Assembly (NCBI GenBank): GCA_951804945.1
Contig: OX638152.1
Coordinates: 41,912,001 to 41,976,000, forward strand
Length of the DNA: 64,000 nucleotides
Direction of reading: 5' to 3'
From: Podarcis cretensis
Taxonomy: Eukaryota
Both the position numbers and the translations under genes were made by a program. How positions within the stretch are numbered: the stretch's first letter is position 1; each line of letters begins with the position of its first letter. Of this stretch, positions 1 through 13,800 are shown one piece after another. Below the pieces are notes generated by a model. It was not told where the DNA came from. It saw only the letters and a list, made by a program, of their open reading frames with translations, and made no database searches.

Positions 1-149
1 TCTCTCTCTCTGTGAGTGAGAGAGTTTTTATGCTCTGGTATGGGGGAGAGAAAAGAGAAATTGCGGAAGGGCAGGGTGAAGTTGGGGTAGAGGTGGCATT
101 TGGAGGAATGTGGGGTAGTAGTAGTAGTGGTAGTAGCAGTGGTAATTTT

Positions 150-340
150 ATTAGTAATGCCCTGTTCATCTGGCTGGGTTCCCCTTCCAGCAGAATATAA
201 AAACATAATAAAACATCAAACGTTCCCAATACAGGGCTGCCTTCAGATGTCTTCTAAAAGTTGTGTAATTCTTTACTGCCTTGACATCTGATGTAGGAGG
301 GTGCTACCGACAAGAAGGCCCTCTGCCTGGTTCCCTGTAG
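150..340 (-). mobile_element. Degraded L2-type LINE 3' end
   Basis: CATCTGGCTGGGTT...ACAGGGCTGCCTTCAGATGTCTTCTAAA...AGAAGGCCCTCTGCCTGGTTCCCTGT. Same tail family as 29761-29820. Confidence 0.6.
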
Positions 341-681
341 GAGGAGATGGTGAAGTTCTGTTGCATGAGCAGAAGTACACGATGCTCATACAAGACACCT
401 CTAGCTTTTACCCTAAACATTTATAAATTGTCAACTAGCCATCACCTGTCATTATCCATGTCATAACTTCAAACTAGGGTGGCTTACCATGTCATTTTTT
501 TATTTTAAACATGTAAAAAATAAATATACAAAATATCAGGGGTATAATTACAAATAGTATCAAATCAAAGATGAATCCTTGTAACTATTCACGGCTAATT
601 TATTTTATAAATTCAGTAAGGAGGAAACAGTTTACTTCAAAAGTCTCTGATTTATTTGCCAACTCAAAAAATACATGTCTC

Positions 682-908
682 CTGACACAAAACCCCACAT
701 ATATTAAGTAAAATAGAAACATCACCACCCAACCCCAACCCCACTCATCTCCCCCCCACCTCTTTCCCCCTATTCTTCCTAATGTCTCAACAAATGAAAC
801 CGATTTGTTTGTTTGTTTTTTTTTAAATGTTACATGGAAAAAAATTACGAAAGAGAGACTTTGCACATATCTTTGTAAATCAAGAAAATCTTTAATAAAA
901 ATACATTA
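682..908 (+). mobile_element. 5'-truncated L1/Tx1-type retroposon 3' end
   Basis: 16-bp TSD AAAAAATACATGTCTC (666-681, 909-924), AATAAA and A-rich tail. Confidence 0.7.
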
Positions 909-1618
909 AAAAAATACATGTCTCAATTAATTTGGACATGTCAGCTATCTTTCAAATATTTGCCACACCTTTTGAGAAGAGACAAGTAGATTGAATATTG
1001 TTGCTATGTAAGTACATTCCTCCATTCTGAGTGTCTCCCAAGATTATTGGTTCAAACGTCTCTATATTGCTAGAAAAGTGATCTTGCACAGGACTAGTCA
1101 TGTTAACACAGACTACCTAAGCATTCCACCCTATATTCAGTAGGTGTGGGGGTCTATGGAATGTATATACACCCTGCTCTCTGCCCAGTTCCAATTTAAT
1201 TAAGCTTTGCAGCACACCTAGTGATTGACTTCCTAGGGTACTGAAGGGGGAAAGAACTATACAGGAAGCACTGAGCATCCTCCTGGGATAAATTAAATGC
1301 ATTAGCACCCATTAGCACTAGGAACCCCCAAGCTAAAAGGTTGCAGACAAGACTCCTTTTGCACTTCCCCTGCACTTTATCACTGACCACCCATAGTGGG
1401 AAAATGAAAATTCCACTATGTTCCACAGTGACCTTCCCCTCTATTGACTTAGGGAAAACTCTCCATGGCTTAACAATAACTTTAACAAGAATCCAAAACT
1501 AGAAGTATGGTTCTGTTTGGGTCAATTTTTGCTTGAAGCCTTCACTTATTGCTAGATATCTGCTCCCCACTGTTTCTGTAATTTTTGAACTCAATTTTGC
1601 AAGGGCTTCAAGGGATCA

Positions 1619-1916
1619 AGGGAGGGAGAAAGGTTGTTTTCTGCTGCTCCAGAGAAGCGGACACGGAGCAATGGATCCAAACTACAAGAAAGAAGATTCC
1701 ACCTAAACATTAGGAAGAACTTCCTGACAGTAAGAGCTGTTCGACAGTGGAATTTGCTGCCAAGGAGTGTGGTGGAGTCTCCTTCTTTGGAGGTCTTTAA
1801 GCAGAGGCTTGACAACCATATGTCAGGAGTGCTCTGATGGTGTTTCCAGCTTGGCAGGGGGTTGGACTCAATGGCCCTTGTGGTCTCTTCCAACTCTATG
1901 ATTCTATGATTCTATG
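1619..1916 (+). mobile_element. CR1 LINE 3' fragment (young)
   Basis: ORF2 C-terminus ...RFHLNIRKNFLTVRAVRQWNLLPRSVVESPSLEVFKQRLD and (ATTCTATG)n tail. Confidence 0.92.
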
Positions 1917-2876
1917 GATCTCATTGTCTGTCAATGCCTGAGTTTTCCTATCATAGCCTTAACCCAGGAAACTAATACAACTCTTGTGCAATAGTTTGCA
2001 ACAGACCCTTAAGAGTCTTTTTTAATTCCCATAATCTTGGAAAACTTAATAGCCATGCTTTGATCTCTGCCTTTTTTCTTTCTCATATCTATCATTCCAA
2101 GAAAGTTATCCACACTGAATGCTGTTGTTTACATTTACGTTTGGCTCTTTTGCAGAGCCACCGGGGCGGGGGGCATGCTTACCCAGGTGTTTTGCCCCGG
2201 ATGAAGCCTCCAGAGGGACACCATTGAGGCTCCCAGCCTGTGTGTGTATGCAAATACGTTTGGGGGGGTTTGTTCCAAACTGGGTCACCTACAAACCCCA
2301 TAATTTGAGTGGTGTAATGCAGAATATCCTGAAAGACTGGATTTTTTGTTCCTAAAGGGGGATAGAGCTGCTCTTGAACTGTTCCTGACTGCCTTGTGGG
2401 CAAAGGGAGAAATGGAAATTTTGCTTTATCTGCAAAATTTCTGTCCTGATGGATGTAGAAGAGTTTAGGCAACTACTCAGTAACATGTCCTCTCTTTCCA
2501 CTGATTGATGGGGGATTATGAATGGTACAAAAAGGGCTGTCTCTGTCACCTTCTCTGTCTTTTCTTGGTTCCTAAGTTTGCACATTCAAGTTGGTGTATT
2601 AATATTTCAAAAAGTTGGGACCCTACCCTGTTCAGACTGGGTACCTAGAGAGTCTCTTTTTCTAGAGGAATAAATTCGTTAGAGAAGGATTCTCACTGTG
2701 GCCGGAAGTAGGCACAAACCCAGTGAGTAGACTGCTCTGCTGGAAGCAAAAATGTAAAAAGTACAGTGATGTTTATTCCTATTTTTCTGACCAAAACATA
2801 CATAAAAGCTATAGCCACAGATATCTGCTATTAAATTTGGCAACCACTCTCTGAAAGACACTAGGATATATTGAAG

Positions 2877-2955
2877 TCAGTGTAGCATAGTGGTTAGAAG
2901 GCTTGTCTAGGACTGGGGAGATCCAGGTTCTGAGCTCAAAAGGTAGGTTATAAAG
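2877..2955 (+). mobile_element. tRNA-derived SINE head remnant (MIR/Squam2-like)
   Basis: A-box TAGCATAGTGG and partial B-box GGTTC. Internally deleted. Confidence 0.45.
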
Positions 2956-3624
2956 GAAATAATTAACATATAGGTTATGTAAACTCGCCCTTCAAAACAG
3001 GTGATTAATTAATATTTTTAGAGATTACCTCAGATTAGACTGCTAAACTACAGTAAAATTTTTTTTAAAACCTGCTCTTCTAACCCCACAAGGCTCTGGA
3101 GGCAACTCACAATAAAAACAAAATGCAGGCAACACCTGTTTTAGGTGCAAGTGGTTTGTACGTGATCACGCAAAGCGCCAAACCCTGAAGTGACCTGGAG
3201 ACGTAATAAAAAAATGTCACAAAATGGGCAGAGCAGGGTGTTTCAACTGCAAGCGATTTCACATATGTGCACAATGACCCAGAGCACAAGCCCCATGCAA
3301 ATCAGTGCTTACTTGTCCAAAATAACATTTAACATAATCAAAAGAAAACAGCAATTTCAGAACAAACAAACAAAAACAATTCACAATCAGAATATAGAAT
3401 TATACATAATTTCAGTTGCAATTATGTAATTCGTAAACCAAATTTCAGTAGACTCTCTTGAAGTGGGACAGGAAATCTTACTATTCACGCACTACATTTT
3501 TAGGGCATGTAGCTAACATGTTTTGATATAAAACGTGAATGTCAGAACTACATGTCTATCATACAGGTACACTCATCAGGGAGTCATGACTGGCAGCCAT
3601 GACTGGCAGCCACTCCCTCTAAAC

Positions 3625-3750
3625 TAGAGGGGGGATCTCTAGATGCTGTTGGATTCCAGCTCCCATCAGCCCCAGCCCACATAGCCACTGATCAGGAATA
3701 ATAAGTTGTAGTCAAATGACATCTGGAGGGCCATTCGTTTCCCACTGCTG
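3625..3750. mobile_element. Palindromic ~130-bp hAT-type MITE (old)
   Basis: AGATGCTGTTGGATTCCAGCTCCCATCAGCC...AGTTGTAGTCAAATGACATCTGGAGGGCC. Homologous to 15696-15832, 19365-19500 and 34235-34350. Confidence 0.6.
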
Positions 3751-6156
3751 TTTTAGGCAATGTTCAACAGTAAACCTGGGTTTACCTCTGCATAATCTGT
3801 GAAATGTCCTTGAGTAAACAATTTTAGTCACCTGTCTTTTATCACCTAAGTGGCCATAGAGCTCACTGGGATCCCCACCTCCACGCCTAAAAATCAAGAG
3901 CACAAACTCACTGACTTCCCAGTTTCATTGAGACACAAGCTTCACAGAGAACTGAACTGGGATTAACAAGACTTCAGACATCTGTCTGTGCTATGGACTA
4001 AATTCACATAGTTTAAATCTGCATATATACCTAGCCTAATTTTAAAGCACAAAAATGAATCAGCTCTGTGTTATTCTTGTAAATCTGCACTGTATTCTAG
4101 CTTTTTTGAAATAGCTATTTAGTCCCTACTCCTTTCATCACATGGTTTGAAGAAGAAAAAAACATGAGAGAAAATGACATGAATACTGTTACTTAGCAGT
4201 ATGCTTTCTGCACTGTCAAGCACTCACACTGGGAAGACACTAGTTGTATCCAGTTGAATTCCACTCAGAATAGATCTATTGAAATTAATGGACCTAAGTT
4301 AATCATGTAAACTAATATGAATGAGTCTACTTTGAGTATATCTAACACTGCATATAATCCTATGTTTGTAACTGACCACAGCCAACTGAGTCCTGTTCTT
4401 TCTCCAGCTCTGCAGCATGAACAAGAACAACTCTTTAATCAGAATTCTTTCCCTGCTCTTGCTCACCCCTCCTTGCTGCTGTGAGAATATGGCTGTCACA
4501 TCCCAATTCCCCTACAGCCAGAATAAGAATTTGCATATTATGCAAAACAGCTGTGCTAATCATGCAAATAAGGTGTGCTAAATTAGCATGCCTCGTTTGC
4601 ATAATTCCCATCTGGTACTTCATCTCTGTTTTTACCAAATTCTAGAGGCAGAAAGGGGAGCTGTAATAAAGGTCTTCTTACCTGACCATTTGCAGCTGTC
4701 AGAAATGAGGTGCATTTTCTCCCCACAGCCCTACCACTCCACTACAAGAGCACAGCCATGCTACAAAATAAGTACGGGGTTTTCCCCTAGTGACCACACT
4801 TTAATAAAGTAGAGACAAAATTTATTGATGTTTAAGGTCCTATTCTCTCTCCAATTAACATTGCATTCAATTTCAGAGATCAGGTAGAAGGGGTTCTGTC
4901 CCCCCCCCTAAAGAAATAGATTTCATCAGCAACTGCTTTTAAAAGGAAGAGAACTTTGACAAGGAGGTAGAGGGTGATGGCCTAGGCTGGCCAGGGTGCC
5001 ACTAAGAACCCACTGAAATGAACAGTTAGCAATCCCATAGATGCAGCCACTACCCTCTGCACCAGGAGACTACCAACCTGGCACTCATGAAGGCCTTCTC
5101 TGGCGTCAGACAGGGGCCTTTATTTAATAATAATGAAAGAAAGTCTCTAACGCTCTTAGAAATAAAGTTATTAAGCAAAATGTGTAGGTATCAGTCTATG
5201 TAATTTCTGTAAAATGAGTCATGATGGCTGCTCCTGCCTATCAGTGTTTTTAGTCAGTAAGAATTCACAGTACAACGGTATACATTTCCATTCAGAAGAA
5301 ACTGTTTTACAGGACTTACTCTCAGGTAAGTGGGTACAGTATGCAGCATAGGCTTCGGTTTAGGATTGGAATGGGAAAAACAAGTTTGCCATGCCTTTAT
5401 GGCTGCATCTCTACTATCAGGACCAGCAGGACATGCCAAGCATTGGGGGTAGGGTGGGGACAAGCAGCAATGACTGTATCTCAGTTTTATACTACACATG
5501 CCTCCCACACCATTCATGTTGTGTTATACCATCCCCTCCCATGAACACAATTTTGTGATTGGTATCCACAGAATTCTCTCTAAATCTGAAATGTGCCTAC
5601 AATTCCCAAAAGTTCCACGTCCCTCTTGCTCTTGGGCTGAAGACTGGGATTTGGCTCAGAAGAATGTTGTTGAATCTGGCAGGGATAAAAAATAGCTCCA
5701 GAGCACCTATAACAAGGAAAACTTGCAGATCAACAGGAGCACACTAAAGTTAGTGAGAGTCACATACTAGAGTTTGGTCTGTTAATGCAGACCCACTCTT
5801 GCAAATACTCTCCCAACAACCATCACAGAATAGACCATTCTGCACCATTTAAGGTTGGGTGTGTGTGTGAAAACAGAACTCTTAACTTTTCATTGATTTG
5901 ACTGGACTCTCATGCACTGCAAGTCATGAGACCCCATTATGCTCAAACAACTGTAGTGCTGAGCTATACCAAATTATTTTTAAAAGGCACAGTTAATATT
6001 CAATAATAGCCTTGAACTGGAACCCTGTGCTTCTCAAGTATCTCTCAATGTATTTAATTTGATTCACAGAAGCAATTACTCATACTAATAAAGAAGTGAA
6101 GGCTTTCTGGTACCTTTTCAAGAAGATCACCAGCTGCTTGCTAGAAAACTGCAGCA

Positions 6157-6339
6157 CAGGAGCCCAGAAATAAAGCATATGCTTTGTATGCAGAAGGTCC
6201 AGGGTCAATCTCTAGCATTTCCAGATAAGGAAAGAGATTTGCCTGAAACCCCCAAGACAGCTGCAACCAATGAGGGCAGACCACAAACAGCTGGATGTAC
6301 CACTGATCTGCCTCAGTATAAGGGAAATCACATGTTCCT
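6157..6339 (+). mobile_element. Squam3-like tRNA SINE
   Basis: AGCATATGCTTTGTATGCAGAAGGTCCAGGGTCAATC...GCCTGAAACCC...CTCAGTATAAGG...CATGTTCCT. Confidence 0.65.
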
Positions 6340-7314
6340 GTGAGCAATACAGCAGGTACCTGCTTGTGAAGTGTCTCTTTTTATCACTCATGATAGTTTT
6401 AAGAATCAAAAATCCATGTATTTCCCTCCCCCAGTGACCTAAGCAACTGTCTGGGAAAGGAACTGGTAAGACAGGAGGAGAATGTCAAGAGAAAAAATGG
6501 ATATGATTCCTAGTAGAAGTAGGCAGCACAACACCTGTTGATGCAAGCACAATGATTTTTGTCAAAATTCACTCACACTAATGAGATTGTAAGCAACAGC
6601 AGATACACCTGGGGAATGATGATAGTGGACTAGGTAGCCAAGTGCAAAGAGGGAACTGGATGGACTTAGAACTGTAATTCCAAGGTCCACACTAATTTGT
6701 TTTAAATGCCATCATTTCCTAGTTGTGAATGTCCAACAAGTAGCTTTGGAGTCTTAATTAAAAGGGATAGGTGGCATTTGCTGCTTAAGAATCTTTTTTT
6801 GTTTTGTTCATATATATCTTTTTGGGTGCGTATATCTTTTTTGTACGCTGCTTTAAGGTTTTTTCCTTTCAAGAGGTATATAAATTTTATGAAATACAAA
6901 ACTGACATCAGAAAACAAGCTGCAGTTTCTTAAACTACAAAAAGTATTGTTGTATAAACCTCTGGATACCACACAGCATTAATATGGATCACTAGTTTTT
7001 ATCATTATTGATTATTTGTTTTATTTTTATTTAACCTTCATTAACAGTGTACGGACAAAATTAACTTTATAGCAGTGACCATGCAGCAACGCACAATATT
7101 TGTCTGAAGGTGCTGTATCCTACTCTAGATTGCCTAAGAGGAGAAATATGAACAACCTAACAAATTGGCTATTTCTCTTGAAAAGACAAAACAGAACTGA
7201 TAGTTGGACTGAACCGAAGAGCCCTGTAATTGAAAGAGGAAAATGGTCAGATAAGAGAACATCACACTGTCCTTTTCCAGGCTGCCATCAGTATGCTGGA
7301 AGAGCATATGTTAA

Positions 7315-7385
7315 ATAATAGCATTGCAGAGTTGGAAGGGACCCATAGGGTCATCTAGTCAAACCCCATGCAATGCAACTATCTC
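7315..7385 (-). mobile_element. CR1 3' tail fragment
   Basis: AGAGTTGGAAGGGACCCATAGGGTCATCTAGTCAAACCCCATGCAATGC is the reverse complement of a CR1 3' end. Confidence 0.7.
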
Positions 7386-10300
7386 AACATGTGGTCCATA
7401 ACACCTGCTGGAAATTATAAAGGCCAAATGCTAATCTGGTGAATTGCATTTGCATCATCAGGAGATAAGCTATGCACAAGATACATATAAACTACCCAGA
7501 TTTGGGAATCCTGCATATGGAAACCCTAGCATGGAGTTATGCACTATGGGCTTTGAAATATTTGTGCTTTATTTCAATATTTAACACTTTGTGGAAGAAA
7601 GTTCTGTACATGTAATTCTGTACATGTGCGAATCTCACATTGCAGAGAAATAAAATGGTAAATATTAGACATGGCTAACATTCTGGCTCTCAATATATGA
7701 GCAGCATCTGTGAAAACAGCTCCACTGCTCTCCTTCACCAATATCTGTGTTCAGACAAACATTACACTGGCTTACTAAGCAGCCATATACAAGCTTGTGG
7801 CACACACAAGCAGCCCTTTCACAATGAGCCACAATTAAACTGTAGCTTCTCATTTTGTCTGAACCAGGAATCTACCATTACTAGCTTCAGAGCAAGCAAA
7901 GATCTGAAGCCAGCTTCAAAAAAAAAAAAAAAAAGGGGGGGGGGATTTAAAAACTTGGCTTGTTTAGAAACTGGTAACCAGGAGAAAAAGGACTCTGTGC
8001 ATGAGCAAAAATATCATGCACAGCTCTTCTTAATAAACCAAGGTAAAATAACCTGAAGTGGTCCATTCTTTCACAAGCCTCCTACTGTTTGAAATGTAAG
8101 AGGTAAAAAAAAAAAAAGAGGTATGATTTCAACCTTTGCTTAATGCAAGATGAAATTTCTCAAGAACAAAAATCTGTTCAGCATTCTCCCTGCATAACAT
8201 ATATCACTTTAATCAGACAATATATTATAGATGCAGTACTGTGCAATGAAATTTACTGGATTGAGGTAATAAGAGACAACGATGCAAGAGAATTTGAAGT
8301 AGCATCAAGATTGAACCAACAACCCATTTCCAAAATATCTACAAAATTCCAAACGATGTGTGGGTCTGCCAAGAAGTCTGATGAATAAGAAAACAGCTTT
8401 TGTCGTCCAAACTGGCAGCCTCAAAATGACAAGCCTTTTCTGGCTGCCCACTGGCTAATCTAAGCTCCCCTTTTCTTCTTTTGAAATTTCCCCAACTTAA
8501 ATTGAATGCAAATAAGCCAGGTGTGGTCCTTAGAACAGTAATCAGCAGCTAGTCCCTACTGAGTTCCCATAGCAACATGCACAGCTGGCAATGAAGCAGA
8601 GGTTGTATTTGCCTCAGATTGGTTAGAAAGTTTAAACACTTAGTGAATGAAATGCCAATTATGGCATCACACAAGGGTTTTTTAATTTTTTAAAAAGAAA
8701 TCTGTACTTCCTTGTCTAATATAGAAAATAAAGCAAGAGGCATACCGCTGGACCTACTGCAGTTCACAGCCTGACAATGAAAAGCAATTATCTGTTGTTT
8801 GCAGAAGAGGAAACAGTCTGGTAGCAAGATAGTATGCACTACTTTTTGTAAAAATGAAGGGACAAAAGAAACGGGTTACATTTCATATGACCACAAACAA
8901 CTCTATGCAAAGGCCTAAAAAAGAAATTAGTGAACCAAAGACAACCAAACTTTTGGACCTCCTCTATGTATTTCCTCATTGTGACAGGCATTTCTGATTT
9001 TTATTTTACTTATGTTATATACTGATTTTCATAGCAGATATGGATGTTCATACAATGAATCTGAGATTAAGAAACAGAGATGAATTAGGCCATTTTCAAA
9101 AGTGATGCTTAAGTTAGTTTTTGACAGATAATACAATGAAAGAACTACATTAGCTGGAATGTACATTCAATTTCAAATGGGTCTCTGCTAGTTTCTATAC
9201 CACATTAACACCCACAAGTGACACATTCTAGTCTAAAGGAATTCTTAACACTTGTGAAACTGTTTTCAGTCACACTGTGCTATTTATTACAAAGTAACTG
9301 TACAAAGACCACCAGCAGTGATTGAAACCAGTTTCGGAAATGCATACTTTAAAAAGGTCCCTCAATGTCACAGGCAGAGCAAGACTTTTCTAGCCTTGTT
9401 TTTGAGGGACAACTCTTGTCTTCTGTACAGGCAGAGCAAGCCTATAAAGCAAAATGAGCCAACTGTCAGCATTTACGGACCACCATGAAATCCTTGCAAC
9501 TTATCTATAACATACATAAAGGTAAATCCTTATAATTTCAATTACACTTAATTCCAAAACTTGATTTAATTTAAAATAAGGAAATTTAAATCACTAAAAA
9601 GGAAATGCTCTAAAACGTATTTCCAATTTTGTGTTTTATTTTATTTTTCTGAATGAGCAAACCAAAACATTTTGCTGTATCAGATAAATAGAGCTTATTT
9701 CACCACCCAAGAACATTATTCAAAACCTCTAGTCATACAGGCCTCTTGCACTGCAGAATTATTCCCCTTACAGACTTGGGGTGCAATCAACAGAAATTGA
9801 AACGTAAATTTCCTCAGCAAGAACACTGTTGTGATACTGTGCCATGCCTACATTTTACCAGGACTTGGGCAGAACTTCCCAGGTTGTTTTATCAAAGAGG
9901 GAAATGGGAAGGAACGCCTGGAGAAAGACCTCCAAAGATGATCTCAGAGTTCAGGTCAGTACATTTGGAAGGGCTGTCTCTAATATGTAGCTAATTCCTA
10001 TCTTGAGATATTCAGAGGACTTTTTCTGGGCGCTCCCAAGTGAGGGCTTTTTCTATGACGGCACCCTGGTTATATGCTTTCTTATATGCTTTTCAGTACC
10101 AGGTGAACATCTTATTTTTACTTGTTTTCAGATTTGTTCATTTTAGATTCTGCTTTTAGCAATGCTGTGTATATTATTATACTGTTTTATTTGCTGCTTT
10201 TGACATGTTTGTATTTCTGTTTATTATTTTATTGAAGGTTGATTAATTACTACTGTATTTTAATGTTTTCTTGTTGTAAGTTGCCCAGAGAACAAAGTTA

Positions 10301-12534
10301 TTGGGCAGCATAAAATACTGTAAATTATTAAACTGTAAATACAACCAGAAGCAGGTAAATACCTATAAATACAACCAGAAGCAGATGGCATGAAGGGGGA
10401 CACTTGCTTGACATCCCAGCGGTTAAGTCACTGCTACTCCCCGAGGTGGAGGGACGAGGAAGGTGGTGCAGTGCAAACACAGTAGCAGAAGCACCAGACT
10501 AACTCTGTTGTGCATTTGCACATTGCCACTGTCTTGCCCCTCACCCTCCTGGTAAGCAGCAGCAACTCACCTGCTGGGACACCTCTACCACCCCAAGTCA
10601 TCCACTACTGCATGCAATAGCATTAGAAAATCACTTACTTGAAGACCAAATCCAGAGCTTTCTAAAAGCAATGGCTGATTGTTACAGTGCAAAGAAGTGT
10701 TTCTTCATGACGACAACAAGAATTGTTTATTCAGTTTGGTTGACAAAATATGAATACTTTGCCACAAGAATATATGTAAGCATATACTTTAGCAACTATG
10801 CTTTAAATTTCAGATTTTCTGTTAGGATATATTTCATACAACTGAAACAAAAAAACTGAAATTGGATTTAAATCCTAGGTGGCACTTCCCCACTGCTGCC
10901 ATTTTCCAACTACCCAGCATTCCATGACTACTACACATGCTCAGCCCTCACTGAGCTGTTTAGGGATTATTTTGCCCCATAGGTTTTAACTTCTACAAAT
11001 CTTGGGTCTGCCCTGAGCTTGCCAATATCTCCCTCAGTTTCTCAGGGTTTAGTTTTCGCTCTAGTCCTGGTGGCACTTACCACTTGAGTTCACAATTAGA
11101 GTGGTCACGTGTTACAGAGTTATTTAAGTAGCTAGTAAAAATTTTTGGAAGGTGCAGCAGCAAGAAGAAATTACCATTGCTTAGTGGGGCCTGGGGCCTG
11201 AGGGTGCCGTTCTTCCTTCTCACCACCTACCCATCAGCAGCTTCCAGTGGGGTAAGGTATTAAGCGTGAAGCCACAGGGAGAGGCTGTAGGCAAGGGAGT
11301 GATCAAGGAGCTTTCAAGTTAATGCATCCTAGAAAAGAAAAATGGCAGCTGCTGGGTTAAGGGAAGTGGCAACACCACTACCAATAGTGACTAAAATGGC
11401 AAATCTCTCTTTTGGGTCCACAGCCGTTTTGCCTGTGGGTAACAAAAACCTGTGAGCCAGATCTACTTTTATACAATATACTGTTGTTATTTTTTTACTA
11501 ATCATATCAATTTTAATGTCACTGGTTTAACAGAATACTCAAACTGATAATGTAAGTGTGCTGTAGCCCTTAATATTGCCATTTAGGAATATTTCTTCCA
11601 AAGCAGGTGTTGCAGTTTGAAGTTACAACACCAAATCATGTTTAGCATGCCCAAGTGCCTTCTTTCCTCATTACCCACCACCCAAAATGTGACTGTGACT
11701 TTCAATCAAATCCTGCTTGTAACGTACCAGGTGGAAGAAGAGGAAGCCAAATGGAACAAAGATCAGGTAGACCTGAAAGGACAATAAAGTACTGGGCCAG
11801 GGCCTTCAGGCGTATTACAGAGTGGAAGTCGGCCAACATATAATTAAACAGGGAACTCGCTAACAGAGAACTGAACAGCAGATGGCCAGGGTCTTTGGGC
11901 TCAAAGCCAGGAGTGGTTGGTACACTCAAGACCAGACCTGCTATGGATGATAAGCAGAATATGGCCAACTGGGGAAGGGTAGCCTAGCCAAAATCCAAGC
12001 TAATGGATGATATCAAAAATCTAACCGCCAACAACTGCGATTGGATACAATCCTTTTTCATTTATCTTTTTTTTTCTCTCTCTCTTCCTTCTTCACAGAT
12101 GGGATATATTTGCTAAGAGCCAAATACTGTCACAGGGAAAATACTGCAGTATTTCATATTTATACTATTCGTATCTTCAAAAATTCCCAGGATGATGAAT
12201 CCTTGGAGTAGATATTAGGTAAAAAAAATTCAAACGCTCAATATTTTTAGTCAAGTCACTGGCCCTTCATATTTTTGAACTTAGTTCTCTGATCTTGCTC
12301 AGCTACACACATTCATAAACTGGAAGCATTTAATACAAGCTCTGATAACTTTGGATTTCTAATACAAGTTTCTCATTGGGTTCTATATTATAACATTATT
12401 GCAAACAGGATTTATGTGTTCACTCTCTCCAGTGTTAGAAACTCAGATATATAAGCTAATTGCCAAATCACATCTTAAACCTGGGCTACAGTTGCCACAA
12501 CGGAATGTCTAGACTCCATTTCTCCCCAAGTGTG

Positions 12535-12536
<2 letters not shown>

Positions 12537-12572
<36 letters not shown>

Positions 12573-12595
12573 ATTATTATTATTATTATTATTAT
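12537..12595. repeat. Compound microsatellite (ATG)n(ATT)n, likely LINE tail
   Basis: Direct reading. It is followed by TTTCTATACCAC, a LINE-tail-like motif. Confidence 0.9.
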
Positions 12596-13699
12596 TTCTA
12601 TACCACTTTATATTTTTTTAACAAAATCTCAAAGCAGTTTGCAACACATTAAAACATCCGATAAAACAATCCAGAGTAAAACAAATGCAAGCTTCAAGGA
12701 AAGCATTTCACATCCTTCTCTAAGTGACATTTTGTTTCCCCCATATTTACCTAATTAATTTATATAGCTGCCCAATAGCAGTTTATTTTTGGGAAGACCT
12801 ACTTTCTTCCAAACACACCTGTAATCTCTGTGATAATGCCTTTGCCCCATGTGGCCCAGATCATTTAATAAAACATCAAATTGTTATATTGATTAGTATG
12901 ATAAGGCTGTGGGTATAGTTACTCTATTTCCTGGTGGGGTTTTTTTGTGCAACTGTCAGTATCTACTGCCAACACCTGAAAAACCAAAATGAGATAGCAC
13001 TATCCTACCAAAATTTCAAAGAGATTGGCTTGCATATTATTGGTCTGCCTTCATCACTAGATCAGAAATGGAGCCACCAGGGACTATTTATGCAGCTACT
13101 GAGGCACCAAAACATAAGTGTGGGCAGATGGTAGGCAGAGTAAAGAGGCACGAAAGCAAGAAGGAAGCCAGAATGGCTCACTGGAACAGAAGCAAAACTC
13201 AGAATAAGCACGAGAGTCATTAATGGGAGGAGCATTAAGAACAGGGACTTGAGCAGGTGTGGCACCCTAGTAATTGGTTTCTATTTTTGAAGACCCTTTC
13301 TCCTTGTTCATAGAGTGCCATTTACTCTACCAATAGGGGGGGAGGAAAAGTCTTATATCCCAAAAGAAACTTGTGGGAGGGGCATACCTGGAGACATTGG
13401 TGAGAACTAGATATAAAGCACTGAAAGCTTATTAGTCATACTATACAAGCATCTGGTGTCTACCCCTTATACCATTTGTCCATCCACCCATGTTGCAAAT
13501 CTATTCTTAACAGTGGCTCTCCAGGGTCTCAGGCACATATCTTTTCCATTATCTACCATTGTGCTCTACCAATGAGCTATGGTTCCTCCTCAAAGTATCT
13601 GACAAGAATGCAGTCTCATTTGGCTAACATATTACTTCTCTTTACTCTTATGACCAGTGAAGAGCCAAAATAATTCTTACAATAACTCAGATTATACTT

Positions 13700-13800
13700 C
13701 ATGCATCTGGTGAAGTGAAATGACTTGAGTGTGAGGGTTTATGCCATAAAAAAATGTGTAAGTCTTTAAGATGCCACAAGACTCTTTTTTGGTTTTGCTG
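13700..13800 (+). mobile_element. Penelope-like element terminal relic
   Basis: ATGCATCTGGTGAAGTG...TTATGCCATAAAAAAATGTGTAAGTCTTTAAGATGCCACAAGACTC resembles the reptile Penelope pseudo-LTR. Confidence 0.6.

Noticed and set aside
2161-2232. Two adjacent hairpins with CGGATGA between them (hammerhead-like)
   Set aside because: The core is not CUGANGA and no GAAA follows stem II.
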